DNA of 64,000 nucleotides. Origin: Octopus sinensis (Eukaryota). Both the position numbers and the translations under genes were made by a program. The stretch is taken from positions 23,560,001 to 23,624,000 of the forward strand of contig NC_043000.1 of NCBI RefSeq assembly GCF_006345805.1, given 5' to 3'. Position 1 is the first letter of the stretch. Every line of letters starts with the position of its first letter. The notes beneath the pieces are model-generated. The model ran no database searches, was not told the DNA's origin, and saw only the letters and a list, made by a program, of their open reading frames with translations. This document shows positions 27,580-39,849 of this stretch, in pieces.

Positions 27580-28068
27580 CACATGGCAAGCCAAGTGAGA
27601 CTGTGACCATGGCCTATACCAGTGGAGCATAACCAGCCCATTTAAGAGTATGCTTCAACCATTGGGCAATAAACTGCGCTTGCGAAGACATGTTGGGGCA
27701 AGTGAAGTCATTGTCATGGCCGATGACAATGCTGCCTGATTGGAACCTGTGCCGGTGGCACATAAAAAGCACCATTTGAGCGTGATCGATAACAGTGCTG
27801 TCTGACTGGGCCCGTGCTGGTGGCATGTAAAAGGCACCATTCGAGTGTGGTCGATGCCAGTACCACCTGACTGGCCCTCATGCCAGTGGCACATAAAAAG
27901 CACTCACAACACTCTGAGTGGTTGGCATTAGGAAGGGCATCCAACTTTAGAAACATTGTCAGGTTGGATTGGAGCCTAGTGCAGCCTTCTGGCTTGTCAG
28001 CCCTCAGTCAAACCGTCCAACCCATGCCAGCATAGAAAGCAGATGTTAAACGACGACGATGATGATGA
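27580..28068 (+). mobile_element. RTE family-1 3' UTR from the ORF stop to the tail
   Basis: Starts ggcaagccaagtgagac (ORF end), followed by UTR modules and a (GAT)n tail. Confidence 0.8.
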
Positions 28069-28386
28069 TATACACACAAACATGTATGCATGCACTAACA
28101 GACATACATCTCTTCCTCCTACATACAATATGATTACATTTGCACACAATCCTCCCGCAACCCAACTGTCCCATGCTGCTACACTCACACACTTGCACAC
28201 CTCTTCACACCCCAAGGAATCACATGTGCCCCATACCACCAGTCATACCAGCCTCTGTACATGGATACCATCCTATATATGCACACGCCCACCATGTCTC
28301 CTCACCCCACTAGGCCCATAGCCCCTTTTTTTTTTGTCTTTTTTCAACCACTATTTCTCATCCATTTTATTTTTCCTTTTCTATTT

Positions 28387-28422
28387 TCTTCTGATGAGGG
28401 AAAAGCGTTTGAAATATCAAGA
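28387..28422 (+). ncRNA. Ultra-minimal hammerhead motif, decayed
   Basis: UCUU-CUGAUGA-GGG-AAAAGCG-UUU-GAAA-UAUC-AAGA. Confidence 0.5.
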
Positions 28423-28980
28423 CTTTTCCCCTTCTTTCTTTTTTAAAATGTTAAACTAATATATTTGTTAAAACTTATCTCTTCTTCATTTTCTTCATTT
28501 TGTGCCCATTGCCATCTCTGATATATATTGTTTCAGTCATTAAACTGTGGCCATGCTGGAGCACTGATTTGAAGAATTTTTAGTTGAATGAATTGACTCT
28601 GTACTTTTTTCAAACCTGGTACTTATTCTATCAGTCACTCTTGCCAAACTGCTCAGTTACAGGGAAGGAAGCACACTAACACAAGTTGTCAAGTGGTAGT
28701 GGGAAACACACACAAACACACACGTATGGCAAATGAAAGACGGAAGATGGAATATATGAGAATTTATTGTTAATCATAACAATTCTTTTGACACATTTAG
28801 CATCAATCCCTCATGGGTGGGACACTCAACAACTGGTTCAGGAGCATCCGGTGGTGCAGATGTATCTAGTCGGGTGATAAATAAATACAACTCGTTAAAA
28901 TAACTGTTCTGCAATGTAACTTCCCGTTTTGTAGAAAGAAAAGCAGACAGATGGAGGAAATATCTTCATTTATATATTTA

Positions 28981-30556
28981 TACTAGCATTATGACCTGGC
29001 GTTGCCGGGTCATAGTGCTAGTTTGGTATACTCTTACTCTTTTACTCTTTTACTTGTTTCAGTCATTTGACTGCGGCCATGCTGGAGCACCGCCTTTTTA
29101 ATCGAGCAACTCGACCCCGGGACTTATTCTTTTGTAAGCCCAGTACTTATTCTATCGGTCTCTTTTTGCCGAACCGCTATTTGTTAAATTAAAAATTTGG
29201 GGTAATAAAACATACAATGACATATTAAAAAGATGAATTAAAATTCCAGAGAAAAATACATAGAAGATAAATATACAAATGGCGGTGCCCCAGCATGGCC
29301 ACAGCTCATAAGCTGAAACTAGAATCAATCAATCAATCAATACAAATTTACAAAAATACATCAAAGTTCATCTACGGGCCGTTTCGGAGATGCATCAATT
29401 AATATAAAACATATCATATATTTAAAATTGACACTCCCCTTGTCAGGATGTTTTTTACACACAATACATAGTACATGGAAACAAATGCACAATTACATAC
29501 CTGCTACATGCAAAAGACCAGACATTACGTACTCCCAAAAATTCTCTTAGATACTGAATGCTACTTTATAAACATATAATTCAATCTAACAGCTATAGTA
29601 AATGGTATGAGCACATCTCCATCTGGACTAATTCACTTCTGCACTCAATTAGATTTTTCATCTTTTAATTTCTTCCATTCATGCAAAGCCACATATTCGA
29701 GTTCAAGTCCTTGATACATTTTATACTAATTGCTATTTTTTCTTTTAATTGTTATATAACGATTTAATTACCATTTTAATAAAATAAAATATATTTAATT
29801 ACTACTTACTATATTTAATTCAATTGTTATTATTACCTCTAACTTTTATTGCAATTTTTATTTCTAAATTTCTTATGGAACGTCGAGTGGATCTTATGCG
29901 TACAATATATTTTTATATGATGTTTATATATTTATATATTACTATATATTTCTAAACGTCGGGCTTTATGTCTGTTCTGTAGATATAAATGAATATATGA
30001 ATGTGTTTGATCTTTCTGTGGATCTTGTAGTGCTTTTGTAGTTGCTGCTCGCATTGCCTCCCCTCAGATTAAAAAGTGTATACAGCTCATTTGAGCACTA
30101 CTGTTCCAGTCTGTTATATATTTTGAGCGTTGTTGTCACTAACGATCTCAAAATATAACTTTATATTTTGATCCATATACATACAATAGAGAGATGTTTT
30201 TGTTTCACTTTTAACACATAATACTGAGATAGTGGAGAAGATATGATACTGCTGTGGGCTCGCTCTAGGCAAGAAGTTAAACATTTTTTTCGCTCATGAT
30301 ACTACATGGACCCTAAGTAAGGCATGTGTAAAATTTGAATGAAACTAGTTCTGTAGTTCTCAAGTTTTAGGAAATCAGAGTGGAGAAGATATGATATTAC
30401 TGTGGGCTTGCCCTAGGCAAAAAGTTAAAAAAATTTTTTGCCGATGACACTCCCCAGACCCTAAGTAAGGCATGTGTGAATTTGGTTGCGTAGTTATCAA
30501 GTTTTAGGGAAACACACAGACAGACAGACACACATTCTCAGTTTTATATATATAGA
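28981..30556 (+). mobile_element. Non-autonomous Helitron/Helentron-like element with internal 148-bp tandem duplication and captured SINE tails
   Basis: 5' tactagc...cctggcgttgccgggt hairpin and 3' acagacagacagacacac...ttttatatatatagagat end. agtggagaagatatgata repeats at 30231 and 30379. Confidence 0.5.
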
Positions 30557-32089
30557 GATAAAAGATCAAAAATAATATATATATATATAAATATCATCAT
30601 ATATATATTGAGGTTATAAGAGGTAATGGTGTTATTGAGACCCAAAGGTGTCAGGTAATGCTGAATAAGTGCTATAGACAGACCATAGTTAAGTTCCAGG
30701 TTCGGTGATTTTGCGAATAAGGAGTTCAACGTTGGTTATATGTCAGCGTGTGTATATAAGAATTTTTTGTGTAATAAGATAAAAAACCAAGGCTGTGTAG
30801 ATATTAGAACATTTATAGATAGGTCTTACAGCTGTTTCCCGGATATTTATTAATTATATCCCTTCATCGGAGATGGTGTGAGAGGATGGTTAAGTAATGA
30901 TTAATTTAGATAGGATACAAAATAGGTATTGGAATCTTACATATATACCATTCTACCTAAAAAATGGATCTACAAATTCAATATCCCTATCCCTATATAT
31001 CTCATATATGTTTTCTTTCCTCCACTGCATTCTCTATTTTGTATCCTATCTAAATCAATCATTACTTAACCATCCTCTCACACCATCTCCGATGGAGGGA
31101 TATAATTAATAAATATCCTGGAAACAGCTGTAAGACCTATCTATAAATGTTCTATCTACACAGCCATGGTTTTTTTTTTATCTCATTACGCAAAAAATTC
31201 TTATATATATATAATGGTTTCTTTCTACCATATCCACTCACAAGGTTTTAGTCAGCCCTGGGCTATAGTAGAATGCATTTGCCCATGGTACTACCAATGG
31301 GACTGAACCTGAAACCATGTGGTTGGGAAGCAAGCTTCTTACCACACAGCCACACTCATGTCAATACATGTGTGTGTGATATCTTAGAACCAGTGGGCTG
31401 TCTGAGGAAGTATAATCGTCATAGTCAGTACTTCTTTTGTAATTGTATGTATGTGAGAAAAACAAGTGTTTTAACTCCTGAGTTTGTCATCCATTTAAAC
31501 ATATGTTATTAAATGTTGCTTAAATAGACTGTGCATGTGTGTGTGTGCATGCCTGCATGTGTCTGTGGTCTGTTTTTCTGTGCTTGCATTTCTGCACACG
31601 TGTGTGTATGTGATTTATCTAGTTTTATACCCCCTTTTTTTTTGTCTTTTGTACGATATCTCTTTTATGGAAAACTCTAAATTGAAAATATATTGGAAAT
31701 GTTCAAATTTTGAAATACTTTTTTATATATTTGGCTACACAGTTTTTTTTATGCCAACTGATTAACAGTAGTAAAAGCTGTTCTGTTGGTGGTGCCAGAT
31801 GCAAGACAACTTCTAGTTGTCACCTTGAATTACACATACTTTTCTGGCAGCTGTGTTGGGCATCTATATTAAGATTATATATTGTAACACGATGTCGGCA
31901 AGATTAACTAACCCACCAGCTTCCATTTATAGCTTGTTGCAGGCTATGTCTTCCTCAGGTACAGGCCAAACGAGTGAAAAAGTTTGATGTGGTTGGTGTC
32001 GACTGACTGTTTATTGGTGATGGATGTGATGCTTTTGTTTCTGGGGAAAATTACGTTTGTTGCTGACAGTGATGGTCTTGTAATAGTGA

Positions 32090-32460
32090 TGGACTGAAAC
32101 TGGGTAGTGCTTGCGGTAGTAGTGGTAGTCCTGATGGTATAGTGGTGGTACTGATGGTATAGTAGTGTTTGTGGTAATAGTGGTGGTACTGATGGTATGG
32201 TAGTGCTTGTGGTTGTAGTGGTGGTACTGATGGTATGGTAGTACATGTGGTAGTAATGGTGGTACTGATGGTATGGTAGTGCTTACAGTAGTAGTGGTGG
32301 TACTGATGGTATGATAATACTTGTGGTGGTGGTACTGATGTTATGGTAATACTTGTGGTGGTGGTGGTGGTAGTGGTACTGATGGTGTGGTAGTAGTGGT
32401 GGTACTGGTACTGATGGTGTGGTAGTACTTGTGGTGGTGGTGCGAGTGGTAGCAGCAGCA
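32090..32460. repeat. Degenerate GTG/GTA-rich minisatellite (about 9 units around gtggtactgatggtatggtagt)
   Basis: The motif tactgatggt recurs at roughly 30-45-nt spacing. Confidence 0.8.
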
Positions 32461-35143
32461 GTGAAAGTTTTGTAAATAATGGTTGCTGTAGAATTAACTG
32501 TACTTGTTATGGTAGCTGTATAGTTAATTGGGAATATTTATTGGCTACTCTATGTTTATAGTTATGGGAAATATAATATTGTATTCTTTAGTGAATAGTA
32601 ATGTGGTGGTGGTGGTAGTTATAGCAGTGATATTCTGTGTTTGGTGACTCTAAATAAAATCTACTGCTGGTACTATTTATTGGTTTTGTCAATAACTGTA
32701 AATTGATGTTATGAAAGAAGGGGAAAAAAACTGAAGTCTGTTGCACTATTGTGATAGCAATAGCAGTAATGGCCCTCATGGTGGGGTTCTATTTAGGATG
32801 ATTCACCTCCCAATCCTTGTATTGAATTATTAAAACAACTCCAAGAACTGTCAGTAGTAAGTTGCAGCTGAAGACACCTGTGATGTATGGAAGACCTTAA
32901 GTGAAATTTCAACATCAATGCTTTCAGTTTACGCTATTGCCTATCTCAACATATGTGGAACTTATAAATGGATAATGGTGCCTTAGCAGATTTTCTGGTT
33001 AATCTTAGTGATCCAGTAACACCTAATGGTTTAAAAGAAAACAATAAGCTTACCCATTGTTGTTTGATATTTTAGTTTAATTAAATGGGTTAAATGAGTT
33101 TAATTAATTGGGTTATGTTTATGTTAATGGTTTGAAGTAATTAAAATGCAAATTGTTTTATTACAGAATGTGATTTCATTAGAACTATTACCTTTTTTTT
33201 GTTTTCGAAAGTTAACACACTTTTGAAATCTTTATAACATCTTTGTCTTCTATTAAATAATTTGTATGATATTATTAGCGAGGAAATTTTCCTGTTAATA
33301 TTTTTTAACAATTACTTTTGGTGTTCCATATTATTGGTAAATAAATACATCTGTCTACCAATAGCATGTAATGGAGTAAAGTAACAGATGAATGCTTCAT
33401 CTGAACTATGTTCCTCTGTGTGTGTGTAATCTCTTTATCGTTATATCACTATTATGTGCAATCATCAGACTCCAAGATATAGTGGGTTCAAGTTTTGGGT
33501 TTCCCTCAGAGGCTGCACTTCACTTTGCTCTTACAAAGAAACAAAAGTAAAGCATCACAAATACTCTATTCCTCTACCCATGGTACTGTTTCCCCATCAT
33601 GGGGTACCAAGAAATATTGACATCCATGAGGTTTAATAGCATGTGTTGAATAGAAAAGAAAAAAAAAACACTTCAACATGTTGAGGCCTGTATCAGCCAC
33701 TTCCTCTGCTGTTATTCTTGGCATGTCGCTTTCCAAGCTACAACATTTACAAGTGTTCTAATATTTATTTACCTAATTTTCAACATAAGTGCCTGCTATT
33801 TCCGTTGTCATTATTGGAGTCAACATTTACTACTTCTAATTTCCAAATGTTTTTTTAAGTTTAGTGCAACCAATGTTTCCAGTAAGTTCCTATCACATAT
33901 CCATTGTATCATTCCCAGCTCAGTTCAACTGGAACTGTGGGTCAGCTCTTGAAGCTACTTATATTCCTATCTATCTGTCTCTCTCTCTCTGATATAACTC
34001 ATTTGACTTACACATCACTAATTCAATCTTTTGTATGGAAAGCAATTGCTTTCTTACAATGAGTTCTATTTGCTGGGAATGAAACATTGTGCCGGTGGCA
34101 CGTAAAAAGCACCTACTGCACTCACGAAGTGGTTGGCGTTAGGAAGGGCATCAAGCTGTAGAAACACTGCCAGGTCAGACTGGAGCCTGGTGCAGCCTCC
34201 TGGCTTCCCAGATCCCAGTCAAACCGTCCAACCCATAGAAAACGGACATTAAACAATGATGATGAAAGTATTTTTATACTCAATGTAGTTTAGAGATGCC
34301 GATATTGCTGTGTGGTTAAGACATGCATAGTTTTAGATTCTGTCCCACAGTGCACTATGTTGGGCAAGCATCTTACATTATAGTACTTAACCAATCAAAG
34401 CACTATAAATGGATTTCATAGACATAAACTGCAAGAAGCTCACTGTGTGTGATCATCATAATCATCAGTTAACAATTCTGCCACCTTCACCATCATCATC
34501 AGTTAATGTCCATTGTCCATGCTAGCATGGGTTGGATGGTTTGACCAGAGTTGGCAAGCTGGGGAGCTGCACCAGGCTCCAATTTGATCTGGCAAAGTTT
34601 CTACATCTGGATGCCCTTCCTAACGCCAACCACTTTCCAGAGTGTGCTGGATGCTTTTATGTGGCACCACACAGATGCTTTTACATGGTACCCGATATAA
34701 TATGACTAAAGTTTTATTGTTCTTTAAGTATTTCTTATCAAAAAAGTTGTAATGATGCGAAAAAATGAAGAAATTATTGTTTTTTAAATCAAGATATTTT
34801 TTAATTATATTTTAAGATTTCATTTTAGAAATTTACATGATGGGGTTGATATCAATGATTCCATGAAAGGGTCAATGATGCAATAAGTTTGTTCACCCCT
34901 GATACTCCCCGTTGTAGCACAACTAACAAATTCTCCATGCTTTACGTCTGTTCTATTTCCAGTCACTTCATACACTACACCAATGATACTTGTTTTCTTA
35001 CTTCTGACCGAATGAATTACTCAGGAAAATGTATTATGAACCAAATTAGAGTTGGAAGCTATAGGATTTATCGATCAGTTATTTAGTGAAGTTCTGCTGA
35101 ACTTTTGCCAGAGTAAACCATGATTAGTTGGCATCATGTAAAT

Positions 35144-36040
35144 CAGTGGTTTTCAACCTGGGTCCATGCAAGATTTTGGAGGGTCCACGCAAGCAGAATT
35201 GTAAATTGGGGACCTACATCATCATCGTTGTTGTTTAACGTCTACCTTCCATGCTGGTATGGGTTGGACGGTTTGACTGAAGACTGACAAGCTGGGAGGT
35301 TGCACTAGACTCCAATCTAATCTGGCAAGGTTTCCTAATGCCAACCACTCTAAGAGTGTAGTGGTGATTTTTATGCGCCACCGGCATGGGAGCTAGTCAG
35401 GTGGCACTAGCATCGACCATGCTCGAATGGTACTTCTTACATGCCACCAGTACGGGTACCAGTCAGGCGGCACTGGCATTGACCACGCTATTCAGTAGTG
35501 TTTAATGTGTGCATGAAGGAAAAATTTTGCTTTTGATGTGTTTATTGCAAGGAACAGTCAGGTTTCTTTCTCTAATGTTTGTCATAGTTTAACATGTTTT
35601 TGGTGACTAAAACATGTTTTCTCGGAGAATACTATTGCAAACCATCACAAGTGAATGGATGAAAAATGAAATAAGAATTTTCAAAAGAAGTATCTATCAA
35701 ACTAGTTTTAAATCAATTGCTGTGTGGAAGGTGTTTATAAGCCATTTAAGAAACACACAAAAACCGTTAGATTCACTTCAACATCTAAATTTAATTTGCC
35801 AAAATATTTTCGTCGCTTTGAGACCGCGACCTGTTCACTGACAAAATTCCGTGCTGCATCTAGTTTTAAATCATTGAAGAGCTATGGTAGTCCTAAACCC
35901 TTTCAAATGGTACTTCGGCGTGGCCACAGTCCTGTGATTGAAACCAGAAAAATAAAAACAAAAACCTAGAAAATATTTCCACCAGAATAAAATAGTAATT
36001 AAAGGGGTCCATAAGTAAAAAGAATGATTGAGAACCACTG
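35144..36040. mobile_element. hAT/Charlie-like MITE remnant split by later insertions
   Basis: Terminal inverted repeats cagtggttttcaa (35144) and ttgagaaccactg (36028-36040). The 8-bp flanks do not match, so no TSD is preserved. Confidence 0.5.
35796..35844 (-). ncRNA. Minimal hammerhead-like motif, G3-C8 core variant
   Basis: The minus strand reads UUGUCA-GUGAACA-G-GUCGC-GGUCUCAAA-GCGAC-GAAA-AUAUUU-UGGCAA. Two more copies sit in the palindrome at about 22300-22490. Confidence 0.55.
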
Positions 36041-36539
36041 AACCAAGTCAATCTGGTTGGTAAAGTAGCAAACATGATGGAACTGATACTTGTGCTGATC
36101 ATATTTTAATTTTCTTCAGTTCTGGTTACCAATTGGTACAATTCTCTGGATGACCAATATTTTTTTAATTCCTGGTTTGTTTGTCCTCTCCTTTTTAGCT
36201 TTTATTTGTTTCACTTATTGAACTGCAGCCATGCTGCTGCACCTCCTTGAAGGATTTTAGTTGAATAGATCAATTCCAGTAATTATTTTAAGTTTGGAAT
36301 TTAGTTTATCTGTTTCTTTTGCCAAATTGCTAAGTTCCTAGGACAAGTGGTGATGGGAGGCAAGTAGAGACACACAATCTGATGATGACCTAGCTGGCCA
36401 AAGCTTCAAAGTCACTGTCAATACTACTTCTATTAAAGAATAAATAAATTTGTACTCTACCAAATGTGGTTAGTGATCTTTCAATTTAATGTGAAATTGT
36501 TTTTATTATAACATAAAAATCAAATTTATAAATATGACA

Positions 36540-37155
36540 GGAGACCTATAGAGTCAAGTACGTCAACATCAAAATAAAAATCAAATGGAAATTGTAGTTA
36601 AGACACCCGTGCCGGTGACACGTAAAAAGCACCGTCAGAACGTGGCAGATGCCAGCGCCACCTGGCTGGCATCCGTGTCGGACACATAAAAGCACTAACC
36701 GATTGTGGCTGTTTGCCAGCTTCCTCTGGCCCCTGTGCCGATGGCACGTAAAATACACCCACTACCCTCACGGAGTGGTTGGCGTTAGGAAGGGCATCCA
36801 ACTGTAGAAACACTGCCAGATCAGACTGGAGCCTGGTGCAGCCTCCTGGCTTTCCAGACCCCAGTCGAACCTATTTCTTTACTACCCACAAGGGGCTGAA
36901 CACAAAGAGGACAAACAAGGACAGACAAACGGATTAAGTCGGTTATATCGACCCCAGTGCGTAACTGGTACTTATTTAATAGACCCCGAAAGGATGAAAG
37001 GCAAAGTCGACCTCGGAGGAATTTGAACTCAGAACGTAGCGGCAGACGAATTACCGCTAAGCATTTCGCCTGGCGTGCTAATGCTTCTGCCAGTTCGTCG
37101 AACCATCCAACCCATGCTAGCATGGAAAATGGACGTTAAATGATGATGATGATGA
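36540..37155 (+). mobile_element. RTE family-1 3' UTR interrupted by a SINE at 36872-37096
   Basis: The UTR resumes after the insert, and gtcgaacc is duplicated at 36864-36871 and 37097-37104. Confidence 0.85.
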
Positions 37156-38531
37156 CAGGCTTCTACACAGTTTCTGTCTACCAAATTCACTCACCAGGCA
37201 TTGATCACCTAGGGGCTAGAGTAGCAGTCATTTGCCCAAAGTGCCATGCAGTGGGAGTGAACCTGAAACAACTTGGTTGCAAAGTGAGATTCTTAACCGC
37301 ACAGCCATGGCTGCACCTACAGAATTGTTTGCAGAATTGCTTTTAAGCTTAGACAAACTGAGCCTAAACCCTTTTAGATGGTACTCCAGCATAGCCACAG
37401 CCCTATGACAAACCAGAAAAATAAAAATTAAAAAAACACAGAAAAACAAGAGAGTATAGAACAAATTGTTTCATGTAAGCAACAGCAATTTTCATTGTTT
37501 CACTAGAACAGAAGAAACAAAATATTTGTTTTATAATAAAATTGGTAAAAGCCAGCTTCTATAGTTTTTATGAATGTTGTACAATAGTGTCTTTTGGATC
37601 AGTCTCAGCTTCACACAAAGAAAGTAAAGCTAACAGTTTTTTTCTTTTATTGCCCTAATTTCATGCTTTTCGTGTTTTTCTTTCAGCCATATTAGTCTGC
37701 TTAGCTTTTAACCAAATTTCAACCCACTTGATTAACCAAAGTTGTCTGCTGGTGGATGTACACCATTTGTATTTGTCAAGATCTTTCTCCCCGTTCCACT
37801 TTGAACTTGGAAGCTACAGTTTGAGTTTGAAAGATGAAAGAAGCTTCTAGAATAGGCTGATTGCCTTAATACATATGTCAGCAACATGTAACTCTTGGCT
37901 GACTCTCAGAAACATCGGCGCCATTTGATTATGCCATTAGACTGGGCTCTTCTCTCTGATCTACAAACTAGCCACAGCTGCTGGAATCAATATAGCTAGA
38001 TTATGGTAAACTGCTAGATTTTCTTAGCAGCTTCTCTCTCTAAGTGTGTCTACATAATTTTCTTTTATTCAGCTTCTCTCCTTCAGTTCTTTTCATGCTT
38101 TGCTGGTTTTGAGGAAATATGTTTTGGTATTTCCAAAGAATTTCTTTACCTTAATGTACTTTATTTAGCAGGATTGAATTTAGGAAACTTTATTTACTAC
38201 TTAGCCTTTTACTATGATATTTTTAATGAAGGTAATTAATCAACAAGTTGGGCATGGCAGCAATGAGCTAAGTTTGATATTTTGTAATTTCTATGCCTGA
38301 TGGTACAGTTTTGAGTTCAAACTCCATCAATGTCAAGTTAATTTTCATATTTGTGGGGAAAATAAACAGTTATCGCCAAGCTAATATGGCAGTCCATAAA
38401 TATAAGACTAAAGCTGCCGCTGATTAGCTCCAAGAAGCCATTGCCTCTAGCTAGCTATATGACACTTGAACCTGTGTCCATTATAACCTTCGAACAGGGG
38501 AGGTCACCAGCTTCCCCTTGCTGGTCAGACA

Positions 38532-38574
38532 TCTGCAGACATGTTTCAGGGTATTTGCCCTTTATCAATGCAGA
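38532..38574 (-). ncRNA. Minimal hammerhead ribozyme, U3-A8 core variant
   Basis: The minus strand reads UCUGCA-UUGAUAA-AGGG-CAAAUA-CCCU-GAAA-CAUGUC-UGCAGA. This gives a 6-bp stem I, a 4-bp stem II, a palindromic ACAUGU stem III and a GUC site. Confidence 0.7.
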
Positions 38575-39849
38575 GTAGCCAGACCCAGCAGGCGTTGCTG
38601 CCGACCGTCTGTTCGAAGGATTATTTACCTAATTTCAGTGGAATACATCCACTGGTTTTCAAAAACAGAAATTTTAATATTTCTATATTAAAGTCTTTCC
38701 CCACTTCAAATTGTGCCCTGTTTCTTAAGAAAATCATCATCACCACCATCCTTCTCCTTCTCACTTTTATCACCATCATCATCATCATCTTTGTCATTAC
38801 CACCACCACTGTCATCGTTATCATCATTTCAATAAGCCAATTACTTATATTGAAAGAATAAGTCATAACAAATGACTAAGAGTTTGATCCCTCAAGATTT
38901 TCATTCTTTCTTTATATTTCCAGAATCTTCTTCAAAATCTCAGATAGTTGTAACAGTGCTATCTTCTGTAGAAGTTCTGTAAATGTCTCAATTCCAAATT
39001 TCACTATATTTTTTATTTTCGTTGTTTTTGTCCCCCAAATTACCCCATTTCTGCTGTTACAACTTCAACTGTTTTCATGCCTCACATTTTATGTCATACT
39101 CTTTTACTTGTTTCAGTCATTTGACTGTGGCCATGCTGGAGCACCGCCTTTAGTCGAGCAAATCGACCCCAGGTCTTATTCTTTGTAAGCCTAGCACTTA
39201 TTCTATTGGTCTCCTTTTGCCGAACTGCTAATTTACGGGGACGTAAACACATCAGCATCGGTTGTCAAGCTATGTTGAGGGGGGGGTGGCAAACACAGAT
39301 ACACAAACACACACACATATATACATACATACATACAACGGGCTTCTTTCTATTTCCGTCTATAGTAGAAGACACTTTGGTTGGCCTGAGGCTATAGAAG
39401 AAGACACTTGCCCAAGGTGCTATGCAATGGGACTGAACCCGAAACCATGTAATTCGTAAGCAAGCTACTTACCACATAGCCACTCCTATGCCCATGTTAA
39501 TAAAGACATTATAAATTTTTGTCTTCAAGTTTTGATGTTTCTCAGTCTTTCCCTCTTCCCTCTTTCACCTTCTATTATCCAGTGGTGACGCTAGATCTGT
39601 TACATGTCATCGTCATTTAATATCTGTTTTCAATGCTGTCATAGGTTGAACAACAGTTTGACAGGAACTGGCCAGCCAGTGAGCTGCATTAGGTTCTAAC
39701 TGTCTGCTCTGGCATGGTTTCTACAGCTGGATGCCCTTCCTAACACCATCCACTTTACAGAGTGTACTGGGTGATTTTTATGTGGTACCGGCAAAGTCAT
39801 TTCTCTATCTCGACAATATCAGATCTTCTTTCTGTTTACATAATGTCAC

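Noticed and set aside
28935-28980. Possible UBA3 exon 2 (acceptor ttttgtag|A AAG AAA AGC AGA CAG ATG GAG GAA ATA = KKSRQMEEI, resembling human KKRRRIEEL)
   Set aside because: There is no GT donor before the in-frame stop, and it runs into the Helitron-like element. RNA-seq could revisit it.
31944-32460. Mucin-like Thr/Pro-rich ORF
   Set aside because: It is a degenerate minisatellite with no splice signals or flanking gene context.
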